Shown: positions 51,000-62,728, counted from the first letter of the stretch. The stretch is DNA of 64,000 nt from Heptranchias perlo (GCF_035084215.1 NC_090349.1:24614001-24678000), one strand, 5' to 3'. Notes: a model not told the origin generated them from the sequence alone. Numbers and translations are program-made.

Positions 51000-51600
51000 C
51001 CAAGATGTGCATTATTCTCTTTAATGAATACCTATGGAAAATATTTATTTGGCATTTTGAACATTGGGAACAGACTGCTATTTTGGCAACAAGCAAAAGT
51101 AGTACCCAAGTTCAAGAAAGGGGAGAAATTAACTTATCAGTCCAACATCAATATCTGGTAAAATAATGGGTTCAATTGTCAGAAGCAAATTTGAGGACCA
51201 TGAGAATGATCTAGTTAATAACAACGGAGTTGAAGAACCCGCAAGGGACTTGCAAAGGGAGTTAGCTAAAATCTACACGTGAGCAAATCAGGAAAACTGA
51301 ATGTCATAAGTGGACTAAGGTTGTTGCAGAAATGTCTAAAGGTGAAGTAGAAAGGAATCTGGAGTGACAGTAGATTTATCACTTAACATGTCAAATCACT
51401 ATGGAGCTGCAATAAACAAAGCAAGCGGAATGCTTAATTATACTGCTAGGTCAGTTGAGTAGAAAACATTGGAAGATGTCCTGATACTTCAGTATAGTCC
51501 CCTGGTCAGACTGGACCTTGAGTATTTTGGTTTACTTTTAGTCACCAAGATATAAGAGAAATAATCAGTTGGAGGCACTGCAGAGAATAACCACAAGGTT
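51000..51600 (+). mobile_element. Highly degraded CR1-like RT fragment
   Basis: Residual motifs such as CTGGTCAGACTGGACCTTGAGTATT (LVRPHLEY-like). Confidence 0.45.
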
Positions 51601-51634
51601 GACACTTAGGCCTAGATTTACCTTTAAAAAACTG

Positions 51635-51807
51635 TAAACAATTTTACAACACCAAGTTGTAGTCCAGCAATTTTATTTTAAATTCACAAGCTTTCGGAGG
51701 AAGCCTCCGAAAGCTTGTGAATTTAAAATAAAATTGCTGGACTATAACTTGGTGTTGTAAAATTGTTTACAATTATCAACCCCAGTCCATCACCGGCATC
51801 TCCACAT
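51635..51807 (+). mobile_element. Miniature Penelope insertion: 68-bp hairpin plus tail
   Basis: Arms 51633-51700/51704-51771 (1 mismatch), loop AAG, tail ending CAACCCCAGTCCATCACCGGCATCTCCACAT, 13-bp TSD CTTTAAAAAACTG at 51622-51634/51808-51820. Confidence 0.92.
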
Positions 51808-52566
51808 CTTTAAAAAACTGCCCATTTTCTGGCATGTTTAAAGGCAGTCTGGCAAGTAAAATGGAATGCAGGAGCTCTCTGACACAACTCCACCTCTTAA
51901 AAGAGCCACCATGATTTCCCTCCCATGACACCTCTGTGATGCTGATCCGCCCACTGCAAGTGCATCGCGCCGCAGGATGCATGGCCAAGTGCCCCCGCCC
52001 CCACCCCAGCCCCAGAGATTGTCCTGTGTTTGTGTAGATGCAAATGGTGTCACTCAAGATCACATCTCACCTCGTTAACTGTTGAATTACTTTGGGCGCC
52101 TATGACCCTGTTACTTGATAAACAACCAACAAAGACAGTCAATCTAGGGAAAGATAACAAGTACAGGGAAGTCACACTTCACACTAGACAGAACACAGAA
52201 ATCTGTGTGAAATCAAGCTTTGATGGGAGAAATGTCACACATGGTTTGAGTGAATAAAGACACAGCAATCTTTGTGGGGAAATGGCCGTTTCAAAGCCAG
52301 TTGCCTTTAAGTGGTGTTTGAATGGCAGATAGAGACGATCAGTATGTATTAAATAGGTTTCAGTGTCCAGAGTATGAGGAAAAGGTGGCATAAAGGGACC
52401 ATGCTTTGCCTGTTAGTTGTGTACAATACTGAAGCTGCTGTCTCTACTGTACTCATTCCAGCCTACCTCTGGATACAAAGAACGTATATCTATGTTTGAT
52501 TGTACCCTATTTGTTCAAACTGCTTTTAATAAAGGATAGAGTTTCTTTTAATTGGAAGAAGTTGAG

Positions 52567-53334
52567 GCATAGAATATAAGAGCAGGGAGGTTATGCTAGA
52601 ACTGTATAAAACATTGGTTAGACCACAGCTTGAGTACTGCGTACAGTTCTGGTCACTACATTACAGGAAAGATGTAGTTGCACTAGGGAGGGTACAGAGG
52701 AGATTAACAAGGATGTTGCCAGGGCTGGAGAATTTTAGCTATGAGAAAAGATTGGGTAGGCTGGGGTTGTTTTCTTTGGAACAAAGGAGGCTGAGGGGAA
52801 ATTTAATTAAGGTATATAAAATTATGACGGGACTAGATGGAGAGGATAGGGAGGACTTCAAAAGGGAACTGGATAAGTACTTGAAAGGAAAAAAAATTGC
52901 AGAGTTACAGGGATAAGGCAGGGAAGTAGCACTACCTGGATTGCTCTTGCAAAGAGCTGGCGTGGACTCAATGGGCTGAATGGCCTCCTTCCGTGCTGTA
53001 ACCTTTCCATCATTTGAGGACCTATTTCCCTTTGCAGAGGGGTCAGTGACCGAGGGCATAGACTTAAAGTAATTGGTAGAAGGATTAGACGGGAGCTGAG
53101 GAAAAATTCTTTCACTCAGAGGGTCTAGAACTCACTGCCTGAAAGGGGGTAGAGGCAGAGACCCTCAACTCATTTAAAAAGTACTTGGATGTGCACTTGA
53201 AGCTTCGTATCCGACAGGACTACGGACCAAGAGCTGGAAAGTGAGATTAAGCTGGACAGCTCTTTTTCGGCCGGCAAGGACACAACGGGCTGAATGGCCT
53301 CCTTCTGCGCCATAACTTTCTATGATTCTGATTC
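52567..53334 (+). mobile_element. CR1 3' fragment with a nested CR1 3' end, segment D
   Basis: MLELYKTLVRPQLEYCVQFWS...LEQRRLRG; paralogue of 13232-13830 plus the nested insert at ~52855-53020. Confidence 0.85.
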
Positions 53335-53497
53335 CAAGCCTACTGTATTCTGCTTACGACAAGCATTTGTTAACATAGAAGACGATCACCTTCGTTAACA
53401 ACAATAACGAGGATGTGGAGATGCCGGTGATGGACTGGGGTTGACAATTGTAAACAATTTTACAACACCAAGTTATAGTCCAACAATTTTATTTGAA

Positions 53498-53538
53498 ATT
53501 CACAAGCTTTCGGAGGCTTCCTCCTTCCTCAGGTGAAT
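53498..53538 (-). ncRNA. Minimal type I hammerhead ribozyme in Penelope pLTR
   Basis: Reverse complement reads ATTCAC-CTGAGGA-A-GGAGG(AAG)CCTCC-GAAA-GC-TT-GTGAAT. Confidence 0.75.
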
Positions 53539-53803
53539 GTTGTGGAAATGAAATCCTCGAACCCTTCGCATTTATAAATCACAGAACAATACCTGGTGAT
53601 TACAGATAGTCTTTCCAACTGCCCGTTGCCAAGGCAATCACAGTGTGCAGACAGAGAGGTGTTACCGACAAGGCCACCGAATATACAAACACCCAAAAAA
53701 CAAAGAGAGAGAGAGGCAGAAACATAGAAACATCCGGAAGGAAGAGAAACACAGCAAATGACCCGTTATATTAAAAACAGATAACATTTGTTCGCTGGTG
53801 GGG

Positions 53804-55640
53804 TTACGTGTAGCGTGACATGAACCCAAGATCCCGGTTGAGGCCGTCCTCATGGGTGCGGAACTTGGCTATCAATTTCTGCTCGACGATTTTGCGTTGT
53901 CGTGTGTCTCGAAGGCCGCCTTGGAGTATGCTTACCCAAAGGTCGGTGGCTGAATGTCCTTGACTGCTGAAGTGTTCCCCGACTGGGAGGGAACCCTCCT
54001 GTCTGGCGATTGTTGCGCGGTGTCCGTTCATCCGTTGTCACAGCGTCTGCATGGTCTCGCCAATGTACCATACTCTGGGGCATCCTTTCCTGCAATGTAT
54101 GAGGTAGACAACGTTGGCCGAGTCACAGGAGTATGAACCATGCACCTGGTGGGTGGTGTCCTCTCGTGTGATGGTGGTATCTGTGTCGATGATCTGGCAT
54201 GTCTTGCCGAGGTTACTGTGGCAGGGTTGTGTGGTGTCGTGGACGCTGTTCTCCTGAAAGCTGGGTAATTTGCTGCGAACGATGGTCTGTTTGAGGTTGG
54301 GTGGCTGTTTAAAGGCGAGTAGTAGAGGTGTGGGGATGGCCATAGCGAGGTGTTCGTCGTCATTGATGACATGTTGAAGGCTGCGGAGAACATGGCGTAG
54401 TTTCTCCGCTCCGGGGAAGTACTGGACGACGAAGGGTACTCTGTTGGTTGCGTCCCGTGTTAGTCTTCTGAGGAGGTCTATGCGATTTTTCGCTGTGGCC
54501 CGTCGGAACTGTCAATCGATGAATCGAGCGTCATATCCCGTTCTTACTAGGGCGTCTTTCAGCGTCTGTAGGTGTCCATCGCGTTCCTCCTCGTCTGAGC
54601 AGACCCTGTGTATTCGCGGGGCCTGTCCATAGGGGATGGCCTCTTTGACGTGGTTAGGGTGGAAGCTGGAAAAGTGGAGCATCGTGAGGTTGTCCGTGGG
54701 CTTGCGGTAGAGTGAGGTGCTGAGGTGCCTGTCTTTGATGGAGATTCGTGTGTCCAAGAAAGAAACTGATTCTGAGGAGTAGTCCATGGTGAGCTTGATG
54801 GTGGGATGGAACTTGTTGATGTTATCGTGTAGTCTCTTTAGTGATTCCTCGCCGTGGGTCCATAGAAAGAAAATGTCATCGATGCATCTGGTGTATAGTG
54901 TTGGTTGAAGGTCCTGTGCAGTGAAGAAGTCCTGCTCGAACTTGTGCATGAAAATGTTGGCGTATTGGGGTGCGAATTTGGTCCCCATGGCTGTTCCGTG
55001 TGTTTGGGTAAAGAACTGGTTATCGAAGGTGAAGACATTGTGATCCAGGATGAAGCGGATGAGTTGTAGGATGGCGTCTGGAGATTGGCTGTTGTTGGTG
55101 TTGAGTATTGATGCTGTCGCAGCGATGCCGTCATCGTGGGGGATACTGGTGTAGAGTGCCGAGACGTCCATCGTGGTGAGAAGTGTTCCTGGTTCAACTG
55201 GTCTGTGGGTACTGAGTTTTTGTCGGAAGTCTGTAGTGTCGCGACAGAAGCTGGGGGTTCACTGTACGATGGGTTTCAGGATGCCCTCGATGTATCCAAA
55301 GAGGTTCTCACACAGGGTTCCGTTGCCTGATACGATAGGACGTCCGGGTGTGTTGGCTTTGTGTATCTTTGGGAGGCAGTAGAAGTACGTGGGATGAGAG
55401 CGCGTAGGATGCTTTGAAGGTCTGGATCGAAGGTCTTGATCAGTTTGTTGAGCTGGTGGGTGTGTTCTTTGGTCGGATCTACAGGTAACCGTCTGTAGTG
55501 ATCCTGGTTGTCCAGTTGTCGGTATGCTTCTTTGCAATTGTCCGTTCTGTTTTGTATGACGATGGCTCCTCCTTTGTCCGCTGGTTTGATGACGATGTTG
55601 CGGTTGGTCTTGAGAGCGTTGATGGCGTTGTGCTCGGGTG
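53804..55640 (-). pseudogene. Penelope RT-GIY-YIG ORF, disrupted
   Basis: Fragments 55276-55740, 55259-55537, 54512-55171, 54038-54343 and 53804-54031; YIDD mutated to CIDD. Confidence 0.88.
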
Positions 55641-56398
55641 ACATTCTGGACTGTCTTCTGAGTGCGGCTGAGTGCCAGCTTTCAGGAGAACAGCGTCCAT
55701 GACACCACACAACCCTGCCACGGTAACCTCTGCAAGACATGCCAGATCATCAACACAGATACCACCATCACACGAGAGGACACCACCCACCAGGTGCATG
55801 GTTCATACTCCTGTGATTCGGCCAACGTTGTCTACCTCATACGTTGCAGGAAAGGATGCCCCAGAGCATGGTACATTGGCGAGACCATGCAGACGCTGCG
55901 ACAACGGATGAACGGACACCGCGCAACCATCGCCAGACAGGAGGGTTCCCTCCCAGTCGGGGAACACTTCAGCAGTCAAGGACATTCAGCCACCGACCTT
56001 CGGGTGAGCATACTCCAAGGCGGCTTCGAGACACACGACAACGCAAAATCGTCGAGCAGAAATTGATAGCCAAGTTCCGCACCCATGAGGACGGCCTCAA
56101 CTGGGATCTTGGGTTCATGTCACGCTACACATAACCCCACCAGCGACAAATGTTAACTGTTTTTAATATAACGGGTCATTTGCTGTGTTTCTCTTCCTTC
56201 CGGATGTTTCTATGTTTCTGCCTCTCTCTCTCTTTGTTTTTTGGGTGTTTGTATATTCAGTGGCCTTGTAGGTAACACCTCTCTGTCTGCACACTGTGAT
56301 TGCCTTGGCAACGGGCAGTTGGAAAGACTATCTGTAATCACCAGGTATTGTTCTGTGATTTATAAATGCGAAGGGTTCGAGGATTTCATTTCCACAAC

Positions 56399-56439
56399 AT
56401 TCACCTGAGGAAGGAGGAAGCCTCCGAAAGCTTGTGAAT
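56399..56439 (+). ncRNA. Minimal type I hammerhead ribozyme (inverted-arm copy)
   Basis: ATTCAC CTGAGGA A GGAGG AAG CCTCC GAAA GC TT GTGAAT; perfect 6-bp stem I and 5-bp stem II. Confidence 0.75.
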
Positions 56440-56494
56440 TTCAAATAAAATTGTTGGACTATAACTTGGTGTTGTAAAATTGTTTACAACAATA

Positions 56495-57625
56495 ATGAGG
56501 ACATGGAGGAGGAAATGATGGAAGCCAGGAGAGTGCAGCAGCATATTTGCAGGCAACACCTTACCCACATGTATCCACTCCACGGGTCTAGAGACCAGAG
56601 AAGACCTATCTGGATTTTTGTTATGGGAAGTATCTGAGAAGCTGCTGAGACTGTGACCATGATATGTGTTGGAACTTGATATGTTCCTATGTGGAAGGAG
56701 GCTGCATAAGAACAGGAGTGGGCCATTCAGCCCATCGAACCTGTTTCACCATTCAATTAGATCATGGCTGATCTGCACCTCTGTGGCTGTAATGGTAACA
56801 GCAGTCAACTTTTGTGCATCCGGATGCTTCTACACAGCCTCTGGTGACATTAATCATATCAGTCAGTCAGATCTTCATCGCTGCATTGCACAGGTCATGG
56901 GTTCTTCAGATATGTCTCTAAGTTCATTCAGACCAACATGGACCCAGCAATGCAGAGAGAAAGAGAGCCATTAGCTTCTTCCAAGTGGCTGGAATTCCAC
57001 AAAATGCAGGGTGTTATTGATACCACTCAGTGGCAATGAAGGTCCTGTCTGGAAACCCCACCAACCTCATCAACAGGAAGGGATCTCATTCTCTCAAAGT
57101 GCAAATAGTGAGTGATGCTAGCCATCTCATTATGCATGTCAATGAGTGCAACCTAGGGTGTAGCCCTGATTAGTTTACTCTCAGTCAATCCAGGATACCT
57201 GGACTGCTCATCTTCAGCTATGTGACAGGATCGCTCATGGGGTATCTGACCCAGCCTTGGCTCATGCCACATTTTTGGCATCTGAGGACAAACCTTGGGC
57301 ACTACCAGGATCATTGTAAACAAGACCCATCGTATTCTCAAGTCCAATTTCCAGCTCATGGGGATTCATGCAGTGACATCTAGCAAGGGGTTGTAGAACT
57401 GTAGTGACTTGCTGCATCCTCCATAATGTGGCCATTACAAGGGGATTGCACCTTCCAGGCATAGAAGGTGAAAAGGAAGAAATTAAATTAAATGTAGCCT
57501 TCTCAAAAATTGTGGAGAGCTCAGGGTGAAGTACACCTGCCTGGATCTTCAGGTGTGGGTATCAGCAGGTCGGGGCCAGTAACTGCCTAAGGTGCCTAAT
57601 CAACCTGGCCTCTCTCCACATATAG
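56495..57625 (+). pseudogene. HARBI1-like transposase remnant, segment D
   Basis: Paralogue of 13900-15050. Confidence 0.7.
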
Positions 57626-59267
57626 AAATGGACCCCCTAGAGATGCCCAAATATCCTTTGTGGAGCCTGGAGGAGAACTCCTGTATTTTTTGACAGTCTT
57701 TTTCTGGTCCCTTCTCATTCTAAAGATGTGATTTTCCCCCTTTAGGTGGCCCTGTCATGTAACGTTATGCCATAGCACCACCTTTAGGTGTAATACTTTG
57801 AGACCACTGAGTAGGCAAAACTGTGAAAGATGGAATTGAATGTGGGGAAGTTTGAGATCACCCACTTTGGAACTAAGAAAGACATCATAATATTTTCTAA
57901 ATGGCGAGAGACTACGAACTGTGGAGGCGCAAAGGGATTTAGGTGTCCAGGTACAGAAACCACTAAAAAAATTGCACATAGGAAATCAAAAAAGATAATG
58001 GAATGTTGGTCTTTATCCCAACAGGGCTGGAATACAAAATAAAGGAGTTTTGCTTGAGTTGTTCAGAGCCTTGGTCAGTCCCAATCTGGATTACTGCGTT
58101 CAATTTTGAACACCGCATTTCTGCCGGCTGCGTGTGAACCTCTGATCGCCTTGTACTTGTTGCTTTTAATGCACCAGCTTGTGCCCGTCCCATCAGTGGC
58201 CCGATCCTTTGGTTCTCTTTAAATGCCCTCTTGGCGATAACAAAGGCATTGTTCATCGACCAGCCAGTTGTGTGCTGCAAACTGTGCTCCTCTGAATTGT
58301 GCCGCTTTACTTCCCCAAGACCAATCCTGATTAACAATGCCGTACTAGATTACTAGAGTACAATCACCGTCCACTGACAAATAATTAACATCCTGCAACG
58401 AATCTCCTCTTTGCGCACGTCCCCCTCCCATACAGAGCAGAATAACCATTCCAGACACACCATCATAACCACCCCCTCCTTCCTCCAGCCCACTCCCCCA
58501 TTTCCCTTTACCCCTCCTCCTCGACCTCTCTCCCTCGCCTCTCCCACTCTTCCCTCCCTTACAATGATGAATCAAGATACAGCAAGTATTTCTAATGTCA
58601 TTCATATTTACAACAGCTATTGTCCAACTCCTATGATGGCAACCGAGCAACATCTCCAGGGCAGTAGTTCATTTATTCCTCGGGTAGTTTTTGGATTCCA
58701 CTCAAGAATGAGGCACAAGTTGCAAAACAGTAAAAGTCTCAGCATTGATTGGTCAATTGCAATATCATAAAAATAAAATACTGGAAGTTTTAAATAATAA
58801 TTTACAGCCAGAGCACCACATTATTTCTCTATGCCATGTAAAAGTTTACAAAGTAATTATTAAAATAGATAAAGTGAATTGCCAAAACATGTGGACATCA
58901 AACCAGCAGGCAAAGTAATTAGAAATGTATTTTGCTTTCCTTCGTTCCGGAAAGGGATATAAATGAGTACTAATAGGCTTTTGCTACATCAAAACTAAAC
59001 AAAATTGTTTTAATGGATACGTTCTGCTCCTTATGTTGGTGACTTGGTCCCATAGAGAGACTCCATTCCTCTCATTTAGCTTCCAAATGGAAAATTATGT
59101 TGTTGAGCCTTAGAGGGGGAGTTTCTGGAGATTTTTCTTCCTCTCTGATCTTTACAAGAATCACGAAAGAATGCATTTTGTCATCAAAAATCGCCAATCA
59201 ATATTGCACAGTAAAATATTGTAAGTTTTCTGGTAAAACTATGTTATGCTTTGACTACAGATACTTA

Positions 59268-59470
59268 TTTTTTTTCAAAAAATATACTTTATTCATAAAA
59301 TTTGTAGCAAAAACATACAATACAGTTGTCATATCACATTCCAAACATACACAATACAGATTATACAATTTGCAGGTTAAATCAAGTACAGTTCAATGAA
59401 CACATTGTACATAATTACAGTTCATGACACTCTGGGGTGTCTCATTGTATTATATTTAACCCATACACAA
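59268..59470 (-). mobile_element. Probable non-LTR retrotransposon 3' end (L1/Tx1-like)
   Basis: Minus strand ends ATGAATAAAGTATATTTTTTGAAAAAAAA; no coding motif retained. Confidence 0.4.
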
Positions 59471-60022
59471 ATGCTTCTTACGTTGCAACAGGACTTCTAT
59501 CACCTTCACACTGTCACTTATCTCAACAAACATGAGCTAACAAAGGAACGTTACAGCTTGCTTCCTTTTTATTCTACATGCTACTTTTTCTCTTTTGATT
59601 ACCTTCCTTGTTTCTATTTAGCTGTATCTTTCGAGGCCTTTGTTGGTGTTTTGTAATACACTTTCTCAGTAAACCACCTCATGGTTATACCACAATGGTT
59701 CAGTACTTCCAGTAATGGTACGAGAGAAATATACTGTGGTTGGGTGGAGTGGGATGCGGCTGGCAAGGGAGAATTTTACATACACCAGGACTCATCACAA
59801 TCTCAAAACCCTGTAGAAATCGTACCTTTACTTTAAAGAATTTAAAGAAATATTTTGCAGGTGCATAACACTTAACTTTGAAAGTTGCAGTTTATTTGAG
59901 CACACATTCATTAGAAACACATTACCTGATTAAAAAAATGTTTCAACGTCAAATCATTCCAAGGTTTTGCACTTATTCACAGGCTATACTTTAATTAAAC
60001 AAGCTGATAATTAGCAGCTAGC

Positions 60023-61084
60023 TCATACATTCATTGTTGACTCAGTCTGGCATTGATCACAGGTATTACAGACCGGTGCCTTTTTTAGATGTTGATCCAC
60101 AACTAGTTCTCTTTTGGGCTCTCTTGGTTGAATTCCTTCACTCGTTGCTGATCTGAAAAGGCTTAAATTAAGAGGAACAAGAGCTTTCTTCAAAGCATCT
60201 TTAAATGTCGAACTTGAAAAATAGTAAATGACTGGGTCGAGCACACTGTTCAGATATGTCACAAATAGCGTATTATAAAATACATGAACAGCTGTTTCAT
60301 ATGATTTGCAGTCTTCTGTGGCTCTTTGCTTTGTAATTATAACAGCGAGTACAGCAATGTTTGTGGGCAAGAAACAAAATATAAAAACCGCTGCCACAGC
60401 TATCACAAGCTTTACTGCTCGTTTATATTTACCCCTCATTTCAGTTTCCATCTGTTTTAACTTCCAGATGATGCAGGACGTGGAGAACAGGATAATCGAA
60501 GCTGGTAAAACAAACTTGAAAAGAATAAAAACAGTGTCGGTCCAAATTGTCAGAGGATTTCCACGCTGGTATACGTTGAAGGGCTCACAGTATGTCAGAT
60601 TGTTGTGCTTGAAGGTGTGCGGTTCTGACAAAAGGTGTGAACAAATTGCCACTGCTAGAATCCACAGAGCACCTGCTACCTTCACTGCACATCTTGTAGG
60701 TATCTTGTTCACTTTATGGTGAGGGTGGACCACCTTAAAATAGCGATCGATCGCCGTAACTGTAAGGAAAACGATGCTCCCTACCCGGTTTAGGGAAATC
60801 AAAAATACCTTCAGACGACATGCAACATCGCCAAAAATCCAGTTCTTCTCCCGTACGAAGTAATCTGCTCGAAATGGTAAACAGCAGATGAGCAGAGTGT
60901 CTGCAATCGCCAGATTCAGTGAATAAACAGTATTTGGTTTCCAGGATTTTGCATGAAAACAAAAGATCCATAAAGCAATTACATTTCCAATGAATCCGAG
61001 AATAAATGTTATAATAATTACTGGTGGATTGTAGGACGAATGAATGTCTTCAACAGACGCACAAAACTGGGTCTCGTTGTCCAT
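60023..61084 (-). CDS. HCAR2/3-like GPCR copy 4 (most divergent), 353 aa
   Basis: Same motifs; retains HCAR-like KSWK and DPVIYYFSS; ATG at 61084. Confidence 0.93.
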   Translation of the reverse strand: MDNETQFCASVEDIHSSYNPPVIIITFILGFIGNVIALWIFCFHAKSWKPNTVYSLNLAIADTLLICCLPFRADYFVREKNWIFGDVACRLKVFLISLNRVGSIVFLTVTAIDRYFKVVHPHHKVNKIPTRCAVKVAGALWILAVAICSHLLSEPHTFKHNNLTYCEPFNVYQRGNPLTIWTDTVFILFKFVLPASIILFSTSCIIWKLKQMETEMRGKYKRAVKLVIAVAAVFIFCFLPTNIAVLAVIITKQRATEDCKSYETAVHVFYNTLFVTYLNSVLDPVIYYFSSSTFKDALKKALVPLNLSLFRSATSEGIQPREPKRELVVDQHLKKAPVCNTCDQCQTESTMNV

Positions 61085-61959
61085 TGTAGGCAGTATTGCA
61101 GTAAACTCAGTCACAGGCACAGAAATGAGTTAATTAACTGAATGATGCACAACCTTATATAGTACTCTTCCACTCTACATCATAGATCATAGGTGGGGCT
61201 ATAATAGTCATAATATTAAACGAGTTATATTATAAACTTACCAGCAATACTCCTAAATACCTTAAATATGCATTTACAGCGAAATCATTCAATTTATGCA
61301 GCAAACCTATTAGAATATGTCAGGCTTTGAATTTGGCTGTTTGTTAAGGTATTATCAGAACTTTGTGGTTTACAACATAAAACTGTATGTTTCTATTTAT
61401 TTTGTATTGAGTACATTCACCTCTTTTCGTAGAAAAAAATTCAGTCACGTTACTTTTAACTGCTTTGTTAGATAGAAGTTTTGCAATCCATGTTCACTGT
61501 CAAGGTTTCTTTCCCGGTATCGGAAAATTAAATCCTATAAACTACTGATGGGAATGAGTATGAAAGGGGATTTGAGACTGAATTGTTTTGTAGAAAAGGC
61601 ACTTTTCGACTGATGTGATTCTTGACCTGACGTTGCTTCTCCCCGGCGATGTGCTTTGTGAAAAACTTTTCCCTAACAAATCATAGAACTGTAATTAAAA
61701 TAGCATCAGATTGTTTTGCTCTTCTAAAGCGACATGGGCTGGCAATGTAGCCTCAGTTGTACTGTGTGTTTGGCAATGTGATTTTTCCACACTCGAAGTA
61801 TGATCTATTTCCAATAGTGACGCCATCTTGAAGAGATAGCCTCACACCACCGGTCTTACTGTATGTAGAGCCCTCCTCTCCCGAAGGAAGCGAATCATGA
61901 TAGGGGTTCGGTTCCATGTGCCTCTTTTCGCATTTAAATCTAAGTGTTGACAGGTTATT

Positions 61960-62200
61960 TGACAATGAGGTTGGAGGAGGGGGCATCTGTCAATCCCAAA
62001 CGTGTCCACACATACATATATCTCAGCAAGAGTCACTGGATAACAATCGGCCGTGAGGAACCAAGCTGCTTCCCCGCCCCCTTAATCTGGGGACACTGAG
62101 ACTAATTTTATAATGCCCCTCAGCTGAGATCAGCGAACTCAGCACAGGTTTCAGAAACTGCCAACTTGGTCTGTACACCTCAATACCACAACTACGAGAC
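61960..62200 (-). mobile_element. Old SINE-like remnant
   Basis: CAGCTGAGATCAGCGAACTCAGCACAG-type core resembling ancient vertebrate tRNA-SINEs; degraded and recognised from memory only. Confidence 0.3.
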
Positions 62201-62728
62201 AATCAGCAACTGAAAGGAAAGGAATAATTCTAAAAAATATTTGTTTCCAATGAGAATATAAGTGCTGATTCGGATCCCGCCTGAAATAGCACCAGGATCA
62301 CTCTGTTCTCACAGGACTTTCCACAATAAGAATGTAAACGCAAACTCGCTCAATTCAGCAACGTGAGCTCAATGTAATTTGAACGTATGTTTACACAAGC
62401 GCAGAGAATGTTAGGATTGCAGCAGGCTGCCATCATACACACTCCTCCCACTAAAGTGGCATTTAGCAGGAGCTCTCGATTAGGAAGCAGAAGACAGTCA
62501 CCAAAAGGAATCGTGAGGAAAAGAAACAGTACTAGCATATCCTCAGAATACTAGTAGGGAAATATACTGGATGCACTTTATTTCAATATAGTTTTCAATG
62601 CTCTTCTGAAAAAGGGCATGCGAACATGGGAGAATTATTGTTGATTGTAATGGATGGCATGGTGTTTGTGGGATCACTGTATTGCACTCATTGGATAGGA
62701 GTGTTCATACATTGGTCGGATTACAGGC

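Larger units (their letters stand above)
53414..56485 (-). mobile_element. Penelope-like element, older copy: body on the minus strand (53414-55674), inverted arm 55675-56489
   Basis: IKPADKGGAIV, LPKIHK, PGRPIVS, MDVSALYTSIP and GIY-YIG, with stops and frameshifts; TSD-like ACAACAATAA(C/T)GAGGA at 53398-53413/56486-56501; empty site at ~13893-13910. Confidence 0.93.
1..61900. repeat. Tandem segmental duplication array of HCAR-like gene plus spacer (periods about 11.5, 13.3 and 18.5 kb)
   Basis: Collinear repetition of GPCR, Myb remnant, copia, CR1 and HARBI1 remnants; ORF translations recur near-identically. Confidence 0.95.

Noticed and set aside
60023-61084. Assigning a specific symbol (HCAR1/2/3, OXER1, GPR31)
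   Set aside because: Motifs are closest to HCAR2/3, but one-to-one orthology cannot be established without phylogeny and synteny.
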